Positions 26,662-34,869 of a stretch of 36,505 bases of DNA are shown here, one piece after another. The stretch comes from an uncultured Deinococcales bacterium. GTDB lineage: Bacteria > Deinococcota > Deinococci > Deinococcales > JAAFIG01. Both the position numbers and the translations under genes were made by a program. Below the pieces are notes generated by a model. The model was not told the DNA's origin, did not search any database, and saw only the letters and a program-made list of their open reading frames with translations. Position 1 is the stretch's first letter. Each line of letters opens with the position of its first letter. The stretch lies in contig CAXTKV010000026.1 of the NCBI GenBank assembly GCA_964244895.1, positions 1-36,505 on the forward strand. Direction: 5' to 3'.

Positions 26662-27437
26662 CCCCGCCGATTCGCAAATTCCCGCGCACACCGCACCTGG
26701 AAGGCTCGAGAATCCAGCCCGGCGATTCGCCGAACAGCGTCCCGTTTCACGAAATTCGCGGTCAGACCGTGGTGGTCGAGGAAAAAATGGATGGCGCGAA
26801 CGCCGCGATCTCGTTCGACGGCGGCAGATTGCTGCTTCAATCCAGAGGGCATTACCTGATCGGCGGCCCCCGAGAGCGCCACTTCGCACGGTTCAAAACC
26901 TGGGCGAACAGCCTGGTCGATGCCTTGCAGCCCGTGCTGGGCGAGCGCTACGTGATCTACGGCGAGTGGGTTTACGCCAAGCACACGATTTTCTACGACC
27001 GATTGCCGCATTACTTTCTGGTCTTCGACGCGCTGGACACCGTCCGGGACGCGTTCCTGGATACGCCGTCCAGGACGGCGTTGCTCGAGAATCTACCGCT
27101 CGCTTCCGTGCCAATTCTGGCCACGGGTGCGTTCCAGACGCCGGAATCGCTCTCGGCGCTGCTGGGCCGCTCGAGTTTCATCGGTCGGGATCACATCGCG
27201 GCGTTGCGCGAATCCTGCCTTCGGGACGGCCTCGAGCCCGCGCGAGTGGCGTCCGAAACGGACTCTTCCGAACTGATGGAAGGGCTCTACATCAAGCTCG
27301 AGCGGGACGGCGCGGTTCAGGCGCGCTACAAGTTCGTGCGCGCCAGCTTCCTTCAGGCCGTCACGCAGTCCGGTTCGCACTGGCTCGAGCGCCCGATCGT
27401 ACCGAACCTGCTCGCGCCGGGACGCTCCATCTGGTGA
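26658..27437 (+). CDS. ATP-dependent RNA ligase family protein (adenylation domain only)
   Basis: KFPRTPHL, motif I EEKMDGAN, QSR, motif III YGEW, IIIa FLVFD, IV MEGLYIK, V YKFV. Confidence 0.88.
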   Translation: MTPPIRKFPRTPHLEGSRIQPGDSPNSVPFHEIRGQTVVVEEKMDGANAAISFDGGRLLLQSRGHYLIGGPRERHFARFKTWANSLVDALQPVLGERYVIYGEWVYAKHTIFYDRLPHYFLVFDALDTVRDAFLDTPSRTALLENLPLASVPILATGAFQTPESLSALLGRSSFIGRDHIAALRESCLRDGLEPARVASETDSSELMEGLYIKLERDGAVQARYKFVRASFLQAVTQSGSHWLERPIVPNLLAPGRSIW

Positions 27438-27456
27438 ACCGGAGAGTCCGGGAAAT

Positions 27457-27507
27457 ACCGTCTGGGACGATCAACATTGAATTCTCGAGGATACTGTCGT
27501 GGACGGT
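27457..27507. repeat. Intergenic element, 51-bp form
   Basis: ACCGTC tggg ACG N25 (contains CTCGAG) TGT cgtg GACGGT. Confidence 0.8.
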
Positions 27508-27573
27508 ATTTTTGAGGGTACGGCTCGAATTCTTCGACGATGGCGAACGTACCCGCGCGGGTAAGCTGTCCTG

Positions 27574-28707
27574 GTGAACGACTGGACGTTTCCCCTCTGC
27601 CCGGACGCCCCATCCTGGCGGATCGACTGGGACGCGATCGTCGTCCGCCACGCGTGGCTGACGGCCCTTGGTCGGACGCCCCAGAATCCCGTCCATCACG
27701 CCGAAGGCGACGTGCTGATCCACACCAGGATGGTGACACAAGCGCTGGTCGCCAACCCCGAATGGCGCGATCTGGCGCCGACGCCGCGCTCGATTTTGTT
27801 CGCGGCAGCCCTGCTGCACGATATCGGCAAGCCCGACAAGACCATCACGGAAGACGACGGGCGCATCACCTCCAAGGGTCACGCCTCGGCGGGTGCGCGC
27901 ACCGCGCAACGCATCCTGATGCTCGAGATGGACGCCCCGGTTCCGTTCGAGGCGCGCCTCGCCATCGTGGCGCTGGTGCGTCACCACGGGCTGCCGTTGT
28001 GGTTCCTCGAGCGCGCCGACCCTGCCCGCGCCGCGATCGAGGCGAGCCTGCGGGTGCGCCCCGACTGGATCGCGCTGCTGGCCGAAGCCGACGCCAGGGG
28101 CCGCATCTGCCGCGACGGGAACGAACTCGTGGCTCGGGTCGGGCTGTTCCGCGAGTTCTGCGCGGAACGCGACTGCCTGATCCAACCGTTCCCGTTCGCG
28201 TCCGACCACAGCCGCTTCGTGTACTGCCGCACCCCGGGCCGCGACCCCGCCTACCGCGCTTTCGACGACACCAAAGGCGCCGTTTTGATGATGTCCGGCC
28301 TGCCCGGTTCCGGCAAGGACACGTACCTGAAAACCCACCACCCGGACTGGCCGAGCGTCCATTTGGACGGTATCCGCCACGAATTGGGCGTGTCGTGGAC
28401 GGACAATCAAGGCCCCGTCTTACAGCTCGCCAGGGAGCGCGCCAGGGGCTTCTTGCGCAACCGCACGAGCTTCGCCTGGAACGCCACCAACCTGACGCGC
28501 AGCGTGCGCGAGGGGCTGATCGGCCTGTTCACCGATTACGGCGCGCGCACCGAGATCGCGTACCTCGAGCCCTGCCTCGAGAAGATATTTCGACAGAACC
28601 GCGAACGCGAGGCGGTCGTCAACCAGAGCGTCATGCTCGATCTCGTCGCGAAGCTGGAAGTGCCCGACCTGACCGAAGCCCAGACCGTCCTGTACTCGAC
28701 GCAATGA
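27574..28707 (+). CDS. HD-domain phosphoesterase fused to P-loop polynucleotide kinase (HD-Pnk)
   Basis: HHAEGDVLIHT, LLHDIGKP, GHA, RHHG, EAD (HD); GLPGSGKDT, LDGIR, NATN, R..R lid (Pnk/AAA_33); TAAGCT-N6-GTG. Confidence 0.88.
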   Translation: MNDWTFPLCPDAPSWRIDWDAIVVRHAWLTALGRTPQNPVHHAEGDVLIHTRMVTQALVANPEWRDLAPTPRSILFAAALLHDIGKPDKTITEDDGRITSKGHASAGARTAQRILMLEMDAPVPFEARLAIVALVRHHGLPLWFLERADPARAAIEASLRVRPDWIALLAEADARGRICRDGNELVARVGLFREFCAERDCLIQPFPFASDHSRFVYCRTPGRDPAYRAFDDTKGAVLMMSGLPGSGKDTYLKTHHPDWPSVHLDGIRHELGVSWTDNQGPVLQLARERARGFLRNRTSFAWNATNLTRSVREGLIGLFTDYGARTEIAYLEPCLEKIFRQNREREAVVNQSVMLDLVAKLEVPDLTEAQTVLYSTQ

Positions 28708-28768
28708 ATTTCGGTGCGTGCGGCAGCGAGACTGGAAAAACCCACGAGCATCCTGGAAACTCAAGAAA

Positions 28769-28797
28769 ACGAGGCGGCGCAACCTGCGCCGCCTCGT
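28769..28797 (-). terminator. Intrinsic terminator of the pot operon (possibly bidirectional)
   Basis: ACGAGGCGGCGCA-acc-TGCGCCGCCTCGT 13-bp stem, followed by TTTCTT on the minus strand, between convergent genes. Confidence 0.75.
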
Positions 28798-28810
28798 ACC
28801 CTCGAAGACT

Positions 28811-29851
28811 CTATCGCGCCTTGATCTTCGTCCAGGCCGCGTCGTAGAGCTTCAACGACGCACCCAGATCGGTCGCAAACTCGAGCGATTTGAGGGTCGC
28901 GTCCGCCGGGTAAATCACGGGGTTGTCGCGATCCGCTTTCGGAATGAAAGCCTTTGCAGCCTCGTTCGGCGTGCTGGCGCGGACGCTGGTCGCGTTCCTG
29001 GCGGCGACTTTCGCGTCCAGGATGAAGTTGATGAACTGGTGCGCCAGATCGCTGTTCGGCGATTGCGCCGGGATCGCCATGTTGTCCAACGCGATCTCTG
29101 CGCCTTCTTTGGGGATGAAGAAGCCGATATTCTTGTCCTCTTCCATGCCCTTCAAGGCCTCGACGTTGTACGTCACGGCCATGACGGCCTGCTTGGACAG
29201 GACGCGGTTTTTCCCTTCGGGGCTGCCCGTGAAACCCAGGCTTCTGGATTTCGCGTCGATCAGCAAGTCGATGGCTTTCTTGATGTCATCCGTGCTGGTC
29301 GAGTTGTAGGACTTCCCGAGGTATTTGAGCGCGATCCCGATCATGCTTCTCGAGTCGTCCAGCATGGTGAACGTGCCGGGCTGCTTGGATTTGTCAAAAA
29401 AGAGCGCCCACGATGGCACCAGGTTCTTGATCTTGTCCTTGCGGTAGGTCACGCCCGTCAGGCTAAACAGGTATCCAGCGCTGTACGTGTTGCCCGGATC
29501 GAAGCTCGGGTTGGCGAAGCTCTTGGCCAGGTTTTTCAGGTTCGGGATTTTACCCAGATCCAACGGTTTCAACAGGTTCTGTTTGATCATCACTGGGATC
29601 ACGTAGCCGCTCGGCACGACCACGTCGTACTGCTTGGTTCCGCCCGCCGCGAGCTTGGCCAGCAAATCCTCGTTCGATTCGTATAAGGACACGTTGACCT
29701 TCGCGCCGAACTGCTTCTCGAAATCCTTGATTACGCCAGAGTCGATGTATTCCGACCAGATGAACAGGTTCAGCTTTTTCTGTTGCGCTCCGACGGTGGC
29801 CGCCAGCAGTGCCGCACTGAGCGCGGCCATAACCCAGACTCGTTTTTTCAC
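28811..29851 (-). CDS. potD: Polyamine ABC transporter substrate-binding protein (second copy)
   Basis: AAGGAG RBS then GTG 29851; signal peptide; LNLFIWSEYID, YESNE, YDVVVPS, PKEG..DNMAIP, FINFILD. Confidence 0.88.
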   Translation of the reverse strand: MKKRVWVMAALSAALLAATVGAQQKKLNLFIWSEYIDSGVIKDFEKQFGAKVNVSLYESNEDLLAKLAAGGTKQYDVVVPSGYVIPVMIKQNLLKPLDLGKIPNLKNLAKSFANPSFDPGNTYSAGYLFSLTGVTYRKDKIKNLVPSWALFFDKSKQPGTFTMLDDSRSMIGIALKYLGKSYNSTSTDDIKKAIDLLIDAKSRSLGFTGSPEGKNRVLSKQAVMAVTYNVEALKGMEEDKNIGFFIPKEGAEIALDNMAIPAQSPNSDLAHQFINFILDAKVAARNATSVRASTPNEAAKAFIPKADRDNPVIYPADATLKSLEFATDLGASLKLYDAAWTKIKAR

Positions 29852-29955
29852 GTTGATCTCCTTCACATTGCCCGCCTCGAGGGTGCGCGGTCGTGGCTGA
29901 ATCTTACGTCTCGAGGTGGTGCGGGTTCGTTAGACAGGTTCGGTTTTATCCGAAG

Positions 29956-29993
29956 ATCGTCCAGCACGCAATTAAAACGCTTTGCTGGACGGT
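29956..29993. repeat. Intergenic element, degenerate 38-bp form
   Basis: ATCGTC cagc ACG ... gctg GACGGT gttt; further degenerate ACCATC-N4-ACG half-sites at 30060 and 30096. Confidence 0.7.
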
Positions 29994-30119
29994 GTTTCTT
30001 ATAAATCCGACTTTCTCTCGCCACGGTCAGGAGCGCGGCAGGTCGAGATCTCGAGAAAAACCATCCCCGACGGGCGCTCGAGCATTTTCGAGGACACCAT
30101 CGGGGACGCTGCAACGGTC

Positions 30120-31166
30120 TTACTTCGATTTGATCTGCGTCCAGGCCGCGTCGTACAAGCGCTGCGAGGTACCCACGTCCGCCACGAACTCGAGCTTCGA
30201 CATGACCGCATCCGGCGGGTACATGCCGGGATTCTTGCGGTCGCCGGGCGTGATGAAGGGCTTGGCAGCCTCGTTCGGGGTGGCGTAACGGTTGTAGTTG
30301 GACAACCTCGCGCCGATCTTCGGGTCGAGCATGAAGTTCACGAACTTGTTGGCCATGTCCGCGTTGGGCGCGCCCGCTGGGATCGCCATGCTGTCGGTGA
30401 AGATCACGCTGCCTTCTTTGGGCACGGCGTAACCCACGTTCGGGCTCTCGGACTGAATCTTGATGCAATCCCCGCTGTACGCGACCGCGTAGGCGGCTTG
30501 CCCGCCCGCGACCTTGTTGCGGCCCGCGACGCCGTTGTCGAAACCCAGGCTGCGCCCCTTGGCGTCCACCATCGCGGCGACGGCGCTTTTCAGGTCATCC
30601 GCCGCGGTGGTGTTGACGCTCTTGCCCAGGTACTTCAGCACCGGCCCGAGCATCTCGCGGGTGGAGTCCATCATCAAGAATGGGCCTTTTTGCTTGGATT
30701 TGTCGAAGAACAAATTCCACGAGACGTCCGCTTCCTTGACTTTGCGCTTGTCATACACGATTCCGACCGTACCCCACTGGTACGCGGCGGTGTAGGTGTT
30801 GCCGGGGTCGTAGCTCGGGTTCTGGAATTTCTTGGAGAGGTTCTTCAGGTTCGGCACTTTGGATTTGTCGAACGGCTGCACCAGTTTTTTCTCAATCAGC
30901 AAGGGCACGATGTACTGACCGGGCACGATCACGTCGTACTGCTTGGAGCCGCCCGCCTGGAGCTTGGCGACCAGATCTTCGTTGGATTCGTAGAGCGTGT
31001 AGTTGACCTTGACGCCCTCTTTTTTCTCGAAATCCTTCAAGATCTGCGGGTCGATGTACTCCGACCAGTTGAAGACGTTCAGGACTTTCGTTTCAGCGCG
31101 CACGTACTCGAGCCCAACGCTGCTGGCCGCGAGGCATCCCAGGGCGATCAAGAATCTGCGTTTCAT
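30120..31166 (-). CDS. potD: Polyamine ABC transporter substrate-binding protein
   Basis: GGAGG RBS then ATG 31166 (ORF track 30120..32135 is over-extended); LNVFNWSEYID, YESNE, YQWGTVGI, YSGD, PKEGS. Confidence 0.9.
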   Translation of the reverse strand: MKRRFLIALGCLAASSVGLEYVRAETKVLNVFNWSEYIDPQILKDFEKKEGVKVNYTLYESNEDLVAKLQAGGSKQYDVIVPGQYIVPLLIEKKLVQPFDKSKVPNLKNLSKKFQNPSYDPGNTYTAAYQWGTVGIVYDKRKVKEADVSWNLFFDKSKQKGPFLMMDSTREMLGPVLKYLGKSVNTTAADDLKSAVAAMVDAKGRSLGFDNGVAGRNKVAGGQAAYAVAYSGDCIKIQSESPNVGYAVPKEGSVIFTDSMAIPAGAPNADMANKFVNFMLDPKIGARLSNYNRYATPNEAAKPFITPGDRKNPGMYPPDAVMSKLEFVADVGTSQRLYDAAWTQIKSK

Positions 31167-31237
31167 GGTTCCCTCCGTGTACTTCGGCAAGACGCGTTGC
31201 TCGAGCATCCCAGGCCCGAGGTTGACAGAAGCCTGAC

Positions 31238-32125
31238 TTATTCCTGGCGCCGTTGCAAGAGGTTCGAGGCGAAGACCGCCACGATCGTCACCAGCACGAT
31301 CAATGTGGACAGCGCGTTGATGTCCGGCGTGATGCCGCGCTTGACGGACGTGAAAATCAAAATCGGCAGCGTCTGAGAACTCGGGCCGGACGTGAAAAAA
31401 GAGATCACGAAATCGTCGATTGAAAGCGTGAACGCCAGCAGCGCTCCCGCCACGATGCCCGGCATGGCCAGCGGCAGAATCACGTACCTGACCGTATCCA
31501 AAGGCCCCGCGTAGAGGTCTCGCGCCGCCTCCTCGAGCGCCGGGTCGAGCAGCGCCAGCCGGGATCGCACGATGATCGCCACGAACGCGATCTGAAAGGT
31601 CACGTGTGCGATCACCATCGTCGTCATGCCCGGATCGAAAACCGAGCTGAGCTGCCGCAAGAACGCGTAGGTCAGCAGCAACGAGACCGCCATGACGATG
31701 TCCGGCGTGACCACCGGGATGTACATGAACCACGTGAAAAACCGTGATCCTGGGAACTTGTAACGGTGCAAACCGTAACCCAAGAGCGTCCCCAGAACCG
31801 TCGCGATCAGCGTCGAAACCACCGCCAGGAAGAGCGTATTTTCCGTGGCCTGGGTCAGTTGATCCACCGGCATGCCGATGTTGATCTCGTTCAATCCCAG
31901 GATTTTCCCGTACCACTTCCAGGTGAATCCCGACCAGGCCAGGCTGTAATTCGAGTTGTTGAACGAGAAAATGGCCACCAAGATGATCGGAAGGTAAATG
32001 AACAAGAGAATCAGGTAGCTCGAGATTCGCAAGCCCAGCGACACCGGCCTGGACATGCTTTCGCGTCTGGCGCGGCGCGGTTGAGTGACCACCTGCGGTG
32101 CTGGCTGCTGCGCTGGCATCGCCAC
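31238..32125 (-). CDS. potC: Polyamine ABC transporter permease
   Basis: FIYLPI..FSFN, PDIVMAVS, LEEAARDLYA, FTLSIDDFVISFFTSGP. Confidence 0.92.
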   Translation of the reverse strand: MAMPAQQPAPQVVTQPRRARRESMSRPVSLGLRISSYLILLFIYLPIILVAIFSFNNSNYSLAWSGFTWKWYGKILGLNEINIGMPVDQLTQATENTLFLAVVSTLIATVLGTLLGYGLHRYKFPGSRFFTWFMYIPVVTPDIVMAVSLLLTYAFLRQLSSVFDPGMTTMVIAHVTFQIAFVAIIVRSRLALLDPALEEAARDLYAGPLDTVRYVILPLAMPGIVAGALLAFTLSIDDFVISFFTSGPSSQTLPILIFTSVKRGITPDINALSTLIVLVTIVAVFASNLLQRRQE

Positions 32126-32198
32126 TAGCGATCACCTTTTCTCGAGAACGCGTGAAAAGACCGTTCTTGCTCGAATGACAGCACCTGACGGGCTACTC

Positions 32199-32238
32199 GC
32201 GCTCCTGCACACGAACTCGAGCATGCGTCCAGGACGGT
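32199..32238. repeat. Intergenic element, 40-bp form with decayed left arm
   Basis: GCGCTC ctgc ACA N14 (contains CTCGAG) CGT ccag GACGGT gttctc; extra half-site TGT gtga GACGGT attCTCGAG at 32337-32358. Confidence 0.65.
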
Positions 32239-32400
32239 GTTCTCTTGAGATTCGATGCGCGGCATTGGCTCCAGCGCGAGGGCGAACACCAGGTTCGCCC
32301 CTCCAGCATTGGTGCGTCGCTGGTTCTTATTTTGATTGTGTGAGACGGTATTCTCGAGCATCAATGTTCGAGAAATCACCCTCGAGACGAAGCTCTTCTC

Positions 32401-32428
32401 CCTGACCTCTGACCCCTGACCCCTGACC
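32401..32428. repeat. Heptamer tandem repeat (YCTGACC)x4
   Basis: cctgacc tctgacc cctgacc cctgacc immediately downstream of the potB stop. Confidence 0.8.
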
Positions 32429-32432
32429 AGCT

Positions 32433-33374
32433 TCACAGCAGATCACGCATCCCCTGCTCGCCCACGCGCCGGGAATAGACGTACAGCACGGTCAGCGTCA
32501 GGCCCATCACCAGGAAGCTGATGGCCGCGCCGAACGGCCAATCGCGGGACGATCCGAACTGTTGCGCGATGGCGTTCCCGACCAGAGATGTCTTCGCGCC
32601 GCCGAGAAGATCCGGCACGACGTACATGCCGAAGGCGGGAATGGCGGTCAGAATGATGCCCGCCACCAGTCCGGGCAGGGTTTGCGGCAACAGCACCTGC
32701 CAGAACGCCTGCCACTTGGACGCGTACAAGTCCTGCGCGGCCTCGAGCAAACTCCAGTCCAGGCGCTCTACTGCGGTGTACAGGGGTAGCACCAGGAACG
32801 GTAGAAAAATATTGACCATCCCCAGGTAAACCGCGAAGGCGCTCGGGTACAGGCCCTCGCCTTCCCCGACAATGCCCAACGTTCGGGCGATCACGGTGAT
32901 CGGTGCGTCCGGGTTCAGCACGATCATCCAGGCGTAGGTTCTGATCACCAGGTTGATCCACGACGGCGCGATCACCAGGAGCAACAGCGTGTTGCGGGCG
33001 CGCGGGCCGTGCGCCGCGATGAAAAACGATAGGGGGTAGGCCATCAGCACACAGAAGAACGTCGTAATGACCGCCACCAGCACGCTGCGCCCGACGATCT
33101 GCCAGTACGCCGGGTCGTATCCCAGCACGTCCCAGCCCGCGAAGCGCACGTAATTGTCCGGCGTCAACGGGGTCGTCACGCCGCCCAACGCGTCTCGAGT
33201 CAGGAACGAATAAACCAGCAAAATCAGTCCGGGCAGAATCAAAAAGAGCGCGATCCAGAACACGCCCGGCCCCGCCGTGATGGCCGCCCTGGCCAGCAGT
33301 TGCGCGCGGTTCAGCACTTCGCCACCGGCGGGCGTCAGGTCGGATTTGGGCGCGCTTCGCGTCGGCGCAGCCAT
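32433..33374 (-). CDS. potB: Polyamine ABC transporter permease
   Basis: AYPLSFFIA, PSWINLVIRTYAW, LPFLVLPLY, LLEAAQDLYA, PDLLGG, RDWPFGAA. Confidence 0.92.
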   Translation of the reverse strand: MAAPTRSAPKSDLTPAGGEVLNRAQLLARAAITAGPGVFWIALFLILPGLILLVYSFLTRDALGGVTTPLTPDNYVRFAGWDVLGYDPAYWQIVGRSVLVAVITTFFCVLMAYPLSFFIAAHGPRARNTLLLLVIAPSWINLVIRTYAWMIVLNPDAPITVIARTLGIVGEGEGLYPSAFAVYLGMVNIFLPFLVLPLYTAVERLDWSLLEAAQDLYASKWQAFWQVLLPQTLPGLVAGIILTAIPAFGMYVVPDLLGGAKTSLVGNAIAQQFGSSRDWPFGAAISFLVMGLTLTVLYVYSRRVGEQGMRDLL

Positions 33375-33394
33375 CAGCGATCACCCTCGAGAAC

Positions 33395-33445
33395 ACCGTC
33401 TGGGACGGCATTCCGATCATGCTCGAGAATCGCGTGCGGGACGGT
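33395..33445. repeat. Intergenic element, 51-bp form
   Basis: CTCGAGaac ACCGTC tggg ACG N25 (contains CTCGAG) CGT gcgg GACGGT. Confidence 0.85.
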
Positions 33446-33457
33446 TGTCCGGTGAGG

Positions 33458-33539
33458 CTCGAGCCTCGAGCCGCAAGCCGCAAGGGCCAGATTATCCCTT
33501 GCCGATCGGTGTCTGACCTCTGACCCCGTGACTCGTGAC
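33458..33539. repeat. Two heptamer tandem runs
   Basis: ctcgagc ctcgagc cgcaagc cgcaagg (33458-33485) and tctgacc tctgacc ccgtgac tcgtgac (33512-33539) downstream of the potA stop. Confidence 0.65.
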
Positions 33540-33543
33540 CGAC

Positions 33544-34758
33544 TCACACGCCCTCGAGTTCTTCGGCGCGCAACGCCTCTCCGCCCGAGATGACCACCAG
33601 GTGCTGAGGCGGCAAGTGCGCCACGACCGTCTCGCCGGGTTCAAAATCGTGACTTTCCAGGCCGGTGTTCATGACCTCGACGGACAGCTCGAAATGGTCT
33701 GTGCACAGCAGACGGTATTCGTTTTCGGCGCCGGAATAGATTTCGTCGGTGACGGTGGCTTTCAGCTGGTTGGGTGCGCTTCCGAAACCCTGCCGGGAAA
33801 TCTGGACTTTCTCCGGTCGGATCGAGAGCCGCACAGAACCTGATGAAGGCAGCGAATCTGCCACCACGAGCTCGCCCAGGTCGGTCTTGACGCGATTCGC
33901 GCCCGTGACCTTGCCGTCCAGCAGGTTGGATGATCCCAGGAACTTCGCCACGAACGGGGTTGCGGGGCGCTCGTAGATTTCCTCGCAGCCGCCGAGTTGC
34001 TCGATCACGCCCTTGTTCATGACCGCGATCCGGTCGGACATGGTCAGCGCCTCTTCCTGATCGTGGGTCACGAAGATAAACGTCAATCCCAACTGCTGTT
34101 GCAAGCGCATCAGTTCGACTTGCAACGACATCCGCAATTTTCTGTCCAGCGCGCTCAGCGGTTCGTCCAGCAGCAAGACCTGCGGTTCGTTGACCAGCGC
34201 CCGCGCCAGCGCCACGCGTTGCCGCTGACCGCCGGAAAGTTCCGCCGTCCGGCGTTTGGCGAACGCGCCGATCTCGACCATTTCGAGGGCGCGCTCGACC
34301 CTGGATTTGATTTCAGCGTTCGGAACCTTGCGCATTTTCAGTCCAAACGCCACGTTGTCCGCGACCGTCATGTGCGGGAAGAGCGCATAAGACTGAAAGA
34401 CCGTGTTGACGCTGCGCTGGTTGGGCGGCAGTTTGCTGACCTCCTGACCGCGCAAGAAGACCTCTCCGGCGTCCTGGAACTCGAAGCCCGCCAGAATCCG
34501 CAGCAGGGTCGTCTTGCCGCACCCCGACGGCCCCAGCAGACTGAAGAACTCGCCGCGCCGTATCTCGAGGTTGATGCCCTTCAGGACGGGGTTCTCTCCG
34601 AAGGATTTGGTGATGTCCTTGAAGTGAACGTCCACCGCGCTCTCGAGCTGCCGTTTGCGCCGTTCGGCCTGGTTGATCGCGGTCACGTCTGCCTCCGATG
34701 GCCTGAAATCTCGAGCGCTGCCGTTGTCCCTTCGCTCATGGACGGGATTATGCGTCAT
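33544..34758 (-). CDS. potA: Polyamine ABC transporter ATP-binding protein
   Basis: GPSGCGKTT, NTVFQSYALFPHM, LSGGQRQRVALARAL, LLDEPLSALD, THDQEEAL, TOBE-like C-terminus. Confidence 0.94.
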   Translation of the reverse strand: MTHNPVHERRDNGSARDFRPSEADVTAINQAERRKRQLESAVDVHFKDITKSFGENPVLKGINLEIRRGEFFSLLGPSGCGKTTLLRILAGFEFQDAGEVFLRGQEVSKLPPNQRSVNTVFQSYALFPHMTVADNVAFGLKMRKVPNAEIKSRVERALEMVEIGAFAKRRTAELSGGQRQRVALARALVNEPQVLLLDEPLSALDRKLRMSLQVELMRLQQQLGLTFIFVTHDQEEALTMSDRIAVMNKGVIEQLGGCEEIYERPATPFVAKFLGSSNLLDGKVTGANRVKTDLGELVVADSLPSSGSVRLSIRPEKVQISRQGFGSAPNQLKATVTDEIYSGAENEYRLLCTDHFELSVEVMNTGLESHDFEPGETVVAHLPPQHLVVISGGEALRAEELEGV

Positions 34759-34824
34759 GCCGAGCCGATCTGTACAGCTAGGCGGGACGACCCGATCCGA
34801 ATCGGATGACGAAAACCCGAGAAC

Positions 34825-34865
34825 ACCGTCTGGGACGATATCCTCGAGATTGCGTGTGGGACGGT
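34825..34865. repeat. Intergenic element, 41-bp form
   Basis: ACCGTC tggg ACG N15 (contains CTCGAG) CGT gtgg GACGGT, 4 bp from the aminotransferase stop. Confidence 0.85.
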
Positions 34866-34869
34866 GTAT

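Noticed and set aside
30120..32135. 671-aa ORF as a potC-potD fusion
   Set aside because: The N-terminal part is an off-frame overlap of potC; the real potD starts at ATG 31166 with an RBS and signal peptide.
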